Shown piece by piece: positions 33,511-46,700 of a stretch of DNA of 64,000 bases. Below the pieces are notes generated by a model. The model was not told the DNA's origin and made no database searches. It saw nothing but the letters and a program-made list of their open reading frames with translations. Position numbers and translations under genes: made by a program. The DNA is from Macrostomum hystrix (lineage: Eukaryota > Animalia > Platyhelminthes), in assembly GCA_950097015.1 (NCBI GenBank), contig CATNEN010000038.1, forward strand, positions 10,788,001 to 10,852,000, written 5' to 3'. The stretch's first letter is position 1; each line of letters opens with the position of its first letter.

Positions 33511-34784
33511 TACCCGCGCCCTATATTTCCCACTCCCCTTGTTTATCCGTATCCAATTTCACCGTCTACCCATTTTTGCTTTCTCGTCCCACTTTGGCGG
33601 TAGATCAACCGATGGATCACTCGATAGATGAGGTGATATCTATTCTATCAGAAATGTAAACTAAAAATAATAATCATTGCAATGCGATAGTGCATCAGTC
33701 AACATGATCAGCTGGCAAAGTGTGAACAACTGTTTTTAAGCATGTATTTGTTTGCAGTAATGTATAAAAATTATATATTATTTAGTAAGTAGTAATGTAG
33801 TATGCAATGTTGCTAGAAATTTAACAGCATTTTTTTAAATAACTTTGAAAAACAAAGCCACTGTAGAGCCATGAGAATTATTTTGAAAATTGACATAAGC
33901 AATATTTATAACAAAAATTCTTACATAGCAGACGCAGCTCATGTAAAAGGGATCATTGTCATTTCATTAAACTGTCTCTATATTACAGCTGAACTGATTA
34001 GTAATTATTGATTTGTACTTTAATGCGTTTATATAGTTACAGAAAGCAGAACAGAATACTGCCTGTTAATTTAGAAAAAATTATTAATTATTGTTGTAGC
34101 AAAGCAACATTGAAATAAGGGTTTTTACAAAAAAACCCGCTTAATTTGTGGTTTAAAATCGGTGCAATAGTTTTTCTTTTTCACAACAAGCGCACTATGT
34201 GCTACTTGCCGGCTCCAAACAAGTAGTGCAGAGCAATATATAAAATATATTTTTATTGTCTTACTGTTGCTCTATTAGAAAAAAATGCTTAAAACGACAC
34301 CAGTTAGATTGTTTGGAGCCTCTGACAAAAGTGCAAATTCTCTTGTTACTAGTGGAAGTACGAGTACAAGTTTAAAAATTCTTTAAATTTAATGACAGGA
34401 TGCAATTTTTAAGCCCTGATTACTGGTTATAAGAAATTGGATGAAAAGACAAAACAAAAGAGTATAAATGTACAAATTTTAACAGGATTATATTAATTTA
34501 CTGTAGGCTTATATAGCATCTCATTGAGGCAGATTTAGGCTGCTGACGAACAAGTGTTAGAACTCTTAGACACTCTGGTTATATTTACATACTATAAGTA
34601 GTATCATTTAGGCGAAAGGCGGCATCATCATTGATATTGATCGATTTTTTTTGTTGCACATCAAATTAGAGAAAGCTGAAGATAAGAAATATAGGCATAT
34701 ACTACAACGAATTTAATTACGGCTTTGCCAATTACTGATAATTAACAGATTCGTTAAGAAAAGCACGTACTGTCCACTAGGCAA

Positions 34785-37700
34785 TCAGACAAATGTGACA
34801 TTTCTGGTGTCGTAAGTGGGGTCCTCCTCAGTGGAATCACCCGAGTCTCTGTCGCCAGCGTCGTTAGCATCGCGACCCGCTGCGGCTGCCGCTGCTACCA
34901 CCTGGTCACCTGCCACCAGCCTGAGAATTCGAAGGAAGCGATACGGTGAGTGAGAGTCTGTTGATGACGGGGTGAGAGTATGTTGATGATGGGGTGAGAG
35001 TTGATGATGGGGTGAGAGTCTGTTGATGATGGGTGAGAGTCTGTTGTTGATGGGGTGAGAGTCTGTTGTTGATGGGTTGAGAGTCTGTTGATGACGGGGT
35101 GAGAGTCTGTTGATGGTGGGTGATAGTCTGTTGTTGATGGGGTGAGAGTCTGTTGTTGATGGGTTGAGAGTCTGTTGATGATGGGGTGAGAGTCTGTTGT
35201 TGATGGGTTGAGAGTCTGTTGTTGATGGGTTGAGAGTCTGTTGATGATGGGGTGAGAGTCTGTTGTTGATGGGTTGAGAGTCTGTTGATGATGGGGTGAG
35301 AGTCTGTTGATGATGGGGTGAGAGTATGTTGATGATGGGGTGAGAGTCTGTTGATGATGGGGTGAGAGTATGTTGATGATGGGGTGAGAGTCTGTTGATG
35401 ATGGGGTGAGAGTATGTTGATGATGGGTGAGAGTTGTTGGTGGGTTGAGAGTCTGTTGATGATGGATGAGAGTCTGTTGATGACGGGGTGAGAGTCTGTT
35501 GATGATGAGTGAGAGTCTGTTGATGATGGGTGAGAGTTGATGATGGGGTGAGAGTATGTTGATGATGGGTGAGAGTTGATGATGGGTGAGAGTTGATGAT
35601 GGGTGAGAGTCTGTTGTTGGTGGGTTGAGAGTCTGTTGATGATGGGTGAGAGTCAGTTGATGACGGGGTGAGAGTCTGTTGATGATGAGTGAGAGTTGAT
35701 GATGGGTGAGAGTTGATGATGGGTGAGATTTGATGATGGGTGAGAGTATGTTGATGATGGGTGAGAGTTGATGATGGGTGAGAGTCAGTTGATGATGGGT
35801 GAGAGTTGATGATGGGTGAGAGTCTGTTGATGATGGGGAGAGTTGATGATGGGGTGAGAGTCTGTTGATGATGGGTGAGTGTCAGAGAATGCTTCACCAG
35901 TTGTCTCACCTGTTGCCTCCTAGCAGTTGTTGAACTTCATCTTCAACATCTTCGCGAGTAGTACCCAGCTGCTGCTGCTGCTGCTGCTGTGGCAGCTGCT
36001 GCTGCTGCTGTTGCCGGTCAGGCCAGTAGAGCCGCTGAGAGGGCCTATAAGAATTGTACACGCTGTTGCTGGGACCAGCTAATCTATGCCTGGGGCCTGG
36101 CTGGGTGCCGTAGTTGTAGGCCGAGTCAGTGGCCTCATAAACACCGGTGCCATAGCTGTCCGCCTCCGATGGTGGAACTCTCCGCTGCTGCTGCTGCTGC
36201 TGCTGCCTGGCATTGTTGCTATTATTATTATTGTTGTTGTTTTTGAAGCTGCGACGAAAATCCTGCGGTTGCGGCACGGACGGCAGAGTGCCGGTTCGCG
36301 ACTTCATGAGGCCGGCAGCGCCCGATAGGGTTAGCGAGCGCTGCATAATGTCATCAATGCTCTCGTAGGTCTGCTCAGACTCGGCCATAGACGGCTGGCG
36401 CCTGTGCCGGCCCGCCATCGGCGGCTGAGGCTGGCGCGACCGGGGATCGTCTGCGGAAGAGAAAGACCGGATTAAAAAAATGACGATGGTAATGATGGGG
36501 TCAATGGGACAGAATGAAGATGGGATAAATTATATGCAGGATAGATTATCAATAGGATCTTGAACGGGGTTATCAATGCGATCTTTAATGGGATTATCAA
36601 TGGGATATTTAACGGGATTATCAATGAGATCTTGAACTGGATTATCAATGGGATCTTGAACGGGATTATCAATGGGATATTTAAAGGGATTATCAATGGG
36701 ATATTTAACGGGATTATCAATGGGATCTTGAACTGGATTATGAATGAGATCTTGAACGGGATTATCAATGGGATCTTGAACGGGATTATCAATGAGATCT
36801 TGAAGGGATTATCAATGGGATATTTAACGGGATTATCAATGGGATATTTAAAGGGATTATCAATGGGATATTTAACGGGATTATCAATGGGATCTTGAAC
36901 TGGATTATTAATGGGATCTTGAACGGGATTATCAATGGGATATTTAACGGGATTATCAATGAGATCTTTAATGGGATTATCAATGGATCTTGAACGGGAT
37001 TATCAATGGGATATTTAACGGGATTATCAATTGGATCTTGAACGGGATTATCAATGGGATATTTAACGGGATTATCAATTGGATCTTGAACAGGACTATT
37101 AATAGTATCTTGAAAACGGGATTATAAATAAGATCCTGGCTGAAGATAGATGGGCGTCATGAAAAAGATTATTGAAGCCTGAAATAGGACGACTAATGAG
37201 ATTTTTTAATGCAAAAGAAGGGTAGGATATTAAATGGGAGTGTTAACCTAAAATAGGCATCGAATTATTCGCTCACCCTGCTGGTAGAGCGGCACCTCGC
37301 AGGTGGCGTTGCGCAATTCGTTGGGGTTGGGCGGCCGATTGGTGAAGTTGCGAATGCCGGGGTCTGTGGTCTCGCTGCTTCCCGAGTTTTCCTCATACTC
37401 GGCGGTGTGAGCCGGCAGCGGGTGCTGCATGGGTGCCAGCTGCTGCATGAGCTGCTGAGTCCGGTAGGCGTCGGCCAGTTCTTCGTGATTGCTGCTCAGA
37501 GTGGTCACCGAGCTCATGTGGCTAGCCCGGACACCCAGACCCAGGGCCGGGTAGCCGGAGGTGCCGTGATGCTGGAGATGACCGGACGGCTGCAGCAGCG
37601 GCCCGCCCTTGGAGTACGGACCTCCGGCCAGGGTTGAGGACTCGTTCTCGTAGGGCGGCAGCTGCTGCTGTTGTTGTAGAATCATTTTCGGCGGCTTGGG

Positions 37701-40700
37701 ACCGTTGGCTCCAGCTGGGGCGCCTCCGCCTCCTCTGACGGGCTTCGTAGCGCCGTCGGCGTCAAAGGTGGCGTAGGCCCTGATGTTGCCCTTGGAGTCC
37801 ACGGACTCTCTGTCGTCTTCGTCGTCTTCGTAGGGCACAGCGGCCACGGGCTTGCCAGCTAGTAGCTGCATTGTGCGAGTGCCCTTCTCGTGGTGAAGGA
37901 GCTGCTGCTGCTGCTGCTGCTGCTGGTACTGCTGGTGGTAGTTACTTCTGATAGAGTGGAAATAAGATGAGGGATTTCAGAATACCGACTTTTTAAGAAT
38001 TGTTTTTACTACTAGGACAAAAACGTATTTTGGATGTAAAAAAAACATTTTAAACATCGGGTTTGAGGTCGGTGTATAGAAATCGAGGTGGGTGTAAAGG
38101 GTTTCAGGTGCGTGTAAATGGTTTGAATTGTGTGCAAAGGGTTCGAAGTGGTTGTCAAGGGTTTTTGTGGGGGAGAAGAAAGGGTTTGAAGTGGGTCTAA
38201 AGAGTTTGAGGTGGGTGAAAAGGGTTTGAGGTGGGTGTAAAGGGTTTGAAGTGGGTAGAAAAGGGTTAAAGGTGGGCGAAAAGGGTTTGAGGTGGGTGTA
38301 AAGGGTTTGAAGTGGGTAGAAAAGGGTTTAAGGTGGGCGAAAAGGGTTTGAGGTGGGTGTAAAGGGTTTGAAGTGGGTAGAAAAGGGTTAAAGGTGGGCG
38401 AAAAGGGTTTGAGGTGGGTGTAAAGGGTTTGAAGTGGGTAGAAAAGGGTTTGAGGTGGGTGTAAAGGGTTTGAAGTGGGTAGAAAAGCTTCTGTATTGGG
38501 CATATAGCCAAAAGCCCCACCTGTACAGCTGCTGCTGCTGCTGCTGGAGAAGGATGCGCTGCTGATGCGGCAGCAGATGATGATTCTGGTGCTGCTGCTG
38601 CAGGTGGTCGATGGGCACAGCTGGGCTCTGCTGCTTGTGCTGCCTGTACAGCACAGTTGTGCAGACAACAAACAGGCAGATGAGGAGCAGGGCCAGCACA
38701 CCGGCTGCCACAATGTACGGCCAGGACAGCCAGCCGGCGCCGCCGACTCCTGCCGACGCAACGCCGTTGGCAGCGTCCGGCTGCGGCTGCGGCCAGATGC
38801 TTCGCTTCTCCTCCAGGCCGTCGACTCGGGTGCCGATGCCGCCGACGCCACGAAAGTCGAGGCCGGCTAGTTTGAGACTGCCAGGAATTGTTAGATTGCC
38901 TGCGGCGTTGTGTGCCACCACGGTATAGTGAAGCAGGCCAGCGGAGCTCGACCGGCTGGCGAGTCCCGTCAGCAGGTTCGAGTCTAGGATCTAGAGGTAA
39001 AGGGACGAGTAGGCGCATCGTCAGAATCACATACAGAAGGTTGGGCCTTTGGAAAAACATGTGGTCACCCTTAAAAGGGCCGTTTTGTAAAAATACGAAT
39101 TTTTTTTCACACAGAACAAGAAACTAAGGTATATATAGAAGGAATGAAAAAGACATCTACCCCAGTTCGGCTACATGTACAGCCAGTGGAGCTTTTAAGG
39201 GCTGTGTACAGCTGTTCAGTCCGTGGACTGGTGAGGGAGCGACGCCAAGCACACACAGCGGTTTTAAAGCTTGGTAAACTGAAGCAATGTCTAAAGCTCT
39301 AACTAGAGAGTTTTCTCCCCTTACCCTCAAGCAGCAGCCTTTGATTAGACTGCCCCTGGTGGCTACGGCAGTTGGCTGTATGGTCCCGAGTTCGAATCCA
39401 CCCTGCGTCTCCAAGGGATAGTTGCTCAGATAGACCAGGTACTTGTAGGGATGACAACCGTCGCCGGGTAGAATGTCTGAGAAGTTGAATTCCACGCCAC
39501 GCGGCGGCAGTATTTTAGCGAACGATCCGTGAGTAGCGCTCAGCACGGGCTTTGAGCCCAGGGCTCGCATCTCGAGGTAGTCCGAGTAGGGACTTTTTAA
39601 ATCAAATCCGTTCACAGCGCGAATGCGAAATTTCATGCCAGCGCCACAGAGGACCGGGTCGACCAGGTACGACCGATTCCTGGCGCTGACAGTGCGAGTG
39701 TCCTCGGCACCCGAGTATAGACTGACATAGTTGAGATTGTAGCTGGAGATGAGTGCTTTGCCTTCGGCTACTGGCACGGAGCCGGAGTCGCTGGACCCGA
39801 TGCCCAGCGGGCGCCAGATCACCTCCAGGGAGGAGTTGGCTCGCTGGCCAGCCAGCAGGCGCGGCGTCTGGGGCACGGCTTGAATGAAAACATTCCATTA
39901 AGGGGGCGATTAGTACTGTGTTCTAGAAAAGGCCGTTTTTCAAAATTACAAAGGAAACACAATTCAGATCATTTTTTAATGTTCTTTCATATTAAATACA
40001 AATTCGGAGTCTAAGAATGTGCACACTCGAGAAACTATACGTTAGCTATAAAAAGCTTGAAAAACTGTTGTAACTTACGCAGCGCTTGCACACCAGCAAC
40101 CTGAACATTGTAGGTAATCTCGGACAGGCCGTCAACGGTGCTACACTTGTAGCGGTGCGAGGCGCCGACATCCCGCTTGGGAGTGATTGCTATCGACCCG
40201 TTTGGCAGGTGCAGCGTCTCAGGAGAGCTGCGAGATGAAAAGAGATGTCAGATTAAAGTACATCCAGCATTAAAGTCCTCAGGGGGAGGCGTTGGGCCCA
40301 TACTTTGTTAAATTACATCAGTAATTTCCGTAATTGTACTAATAATACTTACTCAACAGTTGGCGTTGTCCATTTCGGGCTGGTGTCTCCGGCGCCCACA
40401 ATGAAACAGTCGAGCACCAGGCGAGTGTTAGGCGTGATCCGGAAGTCCTGTGCGTAGGACAAGATCTGCAGAGTAGCTGTAATGAAAGGGCTTTTCATTG
40501 TTAGAATGTTACTCGATTATATCGTTTGCCATCTGGCGTGTGTACGGCCAGGGTGAATCTAGGGAATCTCCAAGGGAATCCCGGGAATCTCCAAGGGAAT
40601 CCCGGGAATCTCCGAGGGAATCCCGGGCATCTCGTTTGGAACGCAAGAATCCAAGAATTTATAAATAGCTATAGAGAATCGCATTTGCTTAGCAACTCAC

Positions 40701-43700
40701 GGCTATCGCTCATGTACACCGATTCAGTCCGAGAGTACCGGCCCGGTCGGCCGCTGTTCTCGGCGGCAATGCTAAAATCGCAGCGCGTATTTGGTGGCAG
40801 GTTGCCAATCAAGTGAAATTCGTAGTGCGACTCGGGACCTCCGCGCGGCAACGGATGCTCAATCTCTTTAGTGACATCTGAGCAGGAGTATCGAATCCGG
40901 TAGCCAGTTAGGGGTCCATTTGGGGCATCGGTCTGACGCCAGGTTAAGGCAGCGCAGCTGGCGTTGACGCCAAAGATGCGCAGGTCGCGCGGCGCCTCGG
41001 GGCTGGCGGCCAGGGTGCGGCAGTAGATCCGCTCGGTTGGAGCCGAACGGCCTTTGCTATTAGCGACTGTGACGGTGAATGAATAGTTAGTGTACACACG
41101 CAGGCCGGTGATGAGCTGCTCGTTGCCGGACGAGATCACCTCTTCGGCTAGGGTTTCGTCTGTAAGGTGTAGGATGGGTTATTAAACAGATTTTTTTATG
41201 TGGATTGAAATTTATTATAGAAGCACAATATTAGAAATCTAGGGATTCCATTTAACCCTGGGAATTACGGGGAATCCCAGGGAAATCCTAGTAACTTCTA
41301 AATATCTTCGGTGGTTCCGGGGAATCCTTGGTAATTCAGGAAATCCTTTGGGAATTCCAGAGAATCCTATGTAATTACGCTCAATCCAAGGGAACTCTGG
41401 GAATCTTAGGGAATTCTGGGGAATCCTGCAGAATTCTAGGGAATTCTGGGGAATCCTGTGGAATTCTAGAGTATTCGATCGAATCCTGCGTAATTCTAGG
41501 GAATTCTGGCAATCCTAGGGAATTCTGGGGAATCCTGTGGAATTCTGCGGAATTCTGGGGAATTCTGCGGAATTCTGGGGAATCCGGGGAATTCTCAGGA
41601 ATTCCATCGAATCCTGGGGAATTCTGGCAATCCTAGGGAATTCTGGGGAATCCTGTGGAATTCTGCGGAATTCTGGGGAATCCGGGGAATTCTCAGGAAT
41701 TCCATCGAATCCTGGGGAATTCTAGGGAATTCTATAGAATCCAGTGGAATTCCGGAAATCTTTGGGGATTCCCGGGAATCCTAGGAAATTCTCGTTATCT
41801 TAAAAAATTTAATTAAACCCTAAGGAATTCTGCAAATCCTGGGAAATTTCCGACTTCACAAATTCTAGAAAGTTAACTTATGGGGGTATTGAGTATTTAT
41901 AGTTTTATACTATATACAACATTTAGAAGACACAATCTACACACTTACTCTGCTCGATAGCATCCTCAGCCGGAACGTACTGAATCTGGTACTCCTTGGT
42001 AATGCCGTTGACACTGCTGGGGTCCGGGGCTCGCCACGAGATCAGCACCTGCGATTCGGACTTCGCCTCACAGCGCGGTTCAGCCGGCGGTGACCTCGGG
42101 GCTGGCGTCAAATTCAAACAGTTTATTAGTTGAGAAACAGAAACTCAACTACAACTTACTGCCAAAGAACATTGTGAAGGCTGCCACTTACTTGACTCAA
42201 GTGTGCGCACTCGAACGCAGCTTGATGGTCCGGCGCCAACCGCATTCAGTGGCGTCACTCGGACCTGGTACTCGGTGAAGGCCTTCAGCGGATTCCGATC
42301 GCTGTAGCAGCTCGCCTGCTGTCCGGGGCCGACGGTGCGACTGTCGGCTAGTGGACCAATGAAGGCGGCGGTGCTGGGACAGCGGAACATCACCTGAGGG
42401 AGAAAGGTGCAGCTGATGATCAATATGGTGCTCGAAGAATTGCTCATCACAGTGCTCATAGTACTGCTCATCACAGTGGTCATAGTACTGCTCATCACAG
42501 TGCTCATAGTACTGCTCATCACAGTGCTCATAGTACTGCTCATCACAGTGCTCATAGTACTGCTCATCACAGTGCTCATAGCACTGCTCATCACAGTGCT
42601 CATAGTACTGCTCATCACAGTGCTCATAGTACTGCTCATCACAGTGCTCATAGTACTGCTCATCACAGTGCTCATAGTACTGCTCATCACAGTGCTCATA
42701 GTACTGCTCATCACAGTGCTCATAGTACTGCTCATCACAGTGCTCATAGTGTACTGCTCAAAACAGTACGCACTGCTCATTGAGTGCTCACACCTAAAAG
42801 GCCTTTACCTGGATGTCGCCAGTCGCTGTCTCACACTCGGCGCCAGTTGCGGACGCAGCCGATGAAGCGGCAGCCGACACGGGCCAGATGGCCAACGAAT
42901 AGTTGGTCATTCGACCGTTGCGTTTCAGCAGCTCCGGCGGCTGCCAGGTGATGCGCAACTGCGAGGCGCCCTCGGCGACAACCTTCAAATCCTGCACCGG
43001 GCCGGACGGAGCTCGCTCCTTCGTTGTTACCTCACAGCTGGCCACCGGGCCGGGGCCGACGCTGTTCACGGCCGAGATGTTGAACAGGTAGACTGTGCCC
43101 GGCTGCAGCCCGGTGAAGGTAACGCTCTTCTGGTCCACGGACAGGTTCCTGAGAGTCTGCTGACCAGTTGGCTGCAGGTAGGTGATGGCGTAGCGCACAA
43201 TCTCTTTGTGGCCGTTGCTATCCGGGGCCTCCCATTGCAGAGTGGCTGTTGTCTGGCCGTGATCCGTGGACGCGAAGCTCTGGAAAGATGACGTGCGGAT
43301 ATTGTAGAGAAGGGTGTGGGATCTATCTGGTTGGAGTGTGTGGGATCTTGTGGGTTGGAGTGTGGGGATCTAGCGGTTGGAGTGTGGGATCTGTGGGTTG
43401 GAGTGTGGGATCTGTGGGTTGGAGTGTGGGGATCTAGCGGTTGGAGTGTGGGATCTGTGGGTTGGAGAGTGGGATCTTGTGGGTTGGAGAGTGGGATCTT
43501 GTGGGTTGGAGTGTGGGATCTTGCGGGTTGGAGTGTGGGATATTGCAGGTTGGAGTGTGGGGATCTTGTAGATCCCCACACTCCCCCCACACTCTTGGGG
43601 ATCGCTGGGTGTAGAGATTTTGAGGCTTTTAGGATCCTGTAGGTCAGTCGGGTTGTGGGGATTTGGTAGGCGACTATTTGGGAATATTAGTCATAGTGTG

Positions 43701-46700
43701 GGGGTGATGGTGCGAGATGCTCGTAATTGACCGGGCAGCTTACCTTGACCTGACCGGGTCGTTGAATGACAACGACATCCAGGTGTTGTTCGCTGGGCCA
43801 CTTGTCGGCCGAAGCGTCTCGCTGGCTGCTGTACTGATTGCGGGCCCGGCAGATGTAGCGGCCGTGAACGCCCCGGTTGACATTGGTCAGCACGAGGACG
43901 CCAGTCTCCGTAACTGAGATGCTGGCGTCTCGCACCGGCGGGTAGGACATGGTGTCGAACGGAGAGCTGCTGCGCACGAAATCTGGGTTGCACCTGGGAC
44001 TGCCTATCAGGGAATTGTCGTAATAGGTGTACCTGGGCCGGTCGGGCGGTATGAGCGGACAGTCCATGTTGCTGTCGCCTTCGTAGCGGGCCATCCAGCT
44101 GACATTGATCGGCTTGTCGCCGTTGACCACGCAGGGCACCGTGTGGTTGCTGCCCACCTGCAGCTCAAGCCGGTTGCTTTTGAACGGCAGCACTTGGGCC
44201 GGATAGCGAATCGACGGATTGAACGTGGTTGAACGAAGCTTCGAGTTGTCGGATAGATCAGTGGCACACAGAAAGTGCTCATCCTCCGCCTTGATCTCCG
44301 TGATACGCAGGGTGCCGTTGTCGAACTGAAAAACCCGCGGCGCTGGCAAGCTAGCGTTTAGACGGCTGTAGCGAGGCACCAAGTGGTCTAGGAAAAAACG
44401 CAGAATAAATTAGTTGGTTGAAAAAAACTGGCTGGCTGGACGTCTTTTAAACAACAAGTTAAAATTTAATGCACCTCTTAGAAGTTTGCTGCCATGATAC
44501 CACAGCAGGTCAGGCATGTCAGGACCAACCTCGGTGAGCTGACAGCTGACACTGAGCGAGGTGCCAAGTACCACCTCTTTGTTGTTCGGCGGATGATCTG
44601 GCTTGAAGATGTATTCCTCTGCAATGTTGCAAATGTTCAAGATAAACATATCGGGTTCCTTTATTTAGCTAGTCCTAAATGCCATTCCATGACATGGCAT
44701 TCATTTCGCCGGAACCATATGCTAACTTCAGTGGGGCTTGATTTTGCTAGTCCTATATACTAAATCGAGTGGGGTTCGTTTAGCTAGTCCAATATACTAA
44801 ATACTGTAGGGTTCATTTTCTAGTCAAATATGCTGAATCAGATGGGGTTCGTTATGCTGGGTCGATGGGACACACTTGAAATAGCGAAGCAAAATAGGTT
44901 TCATTCGCTAGTAACCGTAGAAAACAAAGAGAATTATGAGAGTGCTTACTCTTGTACTTGACTCGCTTATAAATAGACGCAGCATCGTAGCAACTGACCA
45001 GTTGACAGATAAAGACACCTTCAAAAGGTTTATCGCCTGAATAGCCAATGTCCATCTTGGCCTCGGCGTTCTGCTTCGATGGATCGCCCATTAGGAAGAG
45101 CGGGACGCCCACGTCGGTGAAACGGTTCTTTATTGGGCAGTTGTTTGAGTCCGTGCGTGATGGCATCGGCAGGTACTGTGGTAGCAAATAATAGAAGCGT
45201 TGATTGCAAAGTTCTTAACTAGGAACTTAATCAAGATAAAACTTGACTTGGATTGAACTTACCGTGACAGGAGGCTGATAACAGGCCGTGTAGGTGTCAA
45301 TCGGACAGGGTCGGATCAATGTCCGACTGCCGTTTCTCGAGCTAACAAACTCCCACCAAGCGTACCAGGGGCCGGTGGGTGTATTCACCGGCTTGCAGAT
45401 GTCGCCAATGTTGAGGCCGGGCTCGACATCCAGCTGGTCGTTGAAGGTGCTCGGCCGAATGCCGCTCACAACCACCAAATTAGTCGACTCGGATTGGCTG
45501 TCCCGCCCGACGGCCGAGTTGCCTACCGAAGCGCCTGAGGCAGCGGAGGCTGTGCAGGTGTACCTGCCGGCGTCATCGGACTGAACCTGGACGATGCGCA
45601 GGCGGTCAGGATTCTCCGGATCGTTGACGCTAGTCCGGTGATTTGTCGGCACCTTGAGGACTTCGCCGGCCTTATTGCGCATCTCCCATTTGAGATCGTA
45701 GACTGTAAGCTGCAGGTCCGGGTGGGCCCGGGTCAGGCGGCTCAGGTTGACGCCGGAGTGCAGGCCCCCGAGCACGTGACAGTCCTGGCTGAAGTTCTTG
45801 GTGCTAATGGCGAATTGAGACTGCTGCTCGAATGGTCGGATGAACAGGCGCGGAGCTGCGCAGACAGGGCGGGTGGATGGACAATTAGGGCAAATGTTCT
45901 TTTTAAATTCATGCCTCGCTACTATGAGTAACGAAAAATGGTTTTGCTGCACTTTTAAAACTAGAAATATATTTCCATTAATTATTCTGTTCCCAGGAAC
46001 TATTAAGACGCATTTTAATATACGAAGCTATTAAAAGTTTCGAGTATTTTTTCCCAATAAGCCACTGGAAATGGTTGGAATGCACTTTAATATAGAGTTT
46101 ATCTTTTTGCCAGCCAAGTGTCCGCTAACTTCTGTGCAGCGCCGCTTCACTGATCAGCGATGCTTAGCCAGAAAAGTTTGCGTAAACTCTTATTTTCTCG
46201 TCTTTTTTCGAATGTCGAACTAAACAAATTAGCGAATAAATATAGTTTGCGCAAATTAAATTCAACAGAATGGCAAAAATTCAGTTGTTAACTAGTGCAG
46301 CGACAGGAAAAAAATTTCAGTTTAATTTTGCATTTTGCCATGACACCCATTAAGATGACGGAGACAGTGAGAAATATAGTGAAGTAGAGAGAGACAATCA
46401 GAAGTAGAGTGGGAGAAGACGGTGAGAAGTAGAATGAGAAGAGAGAGACAGTGAGAAGTTGAGTCAAATGGATGTGACGGTGAAAAGTAGATTTAGAGAG
46501 GGAGAGAGGGAGAGAGAGAGCCGGAGAGAGGAGAGAGGACAGAGAGGACACTGCCCATTGAATTTCAAAAATCTAATGTTGGAATCGATTCCGATATGTA
46601 TCGAAAAAATTGAAACCAGGATTCGAACCAAGGCAACTCCAGACGCGTTCGTCTGGGTTTTTTAATAGATAAAACTGATCTGTTACAGTAGCCGAAACCG

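Noticed and set aside
29855-33631. 843-aa and 213-aa low-complexity ORFs
   Set aside because: G-poor repeats with mixed 19/20-bp units lack stops because of their composition; no domain or splice evidence.
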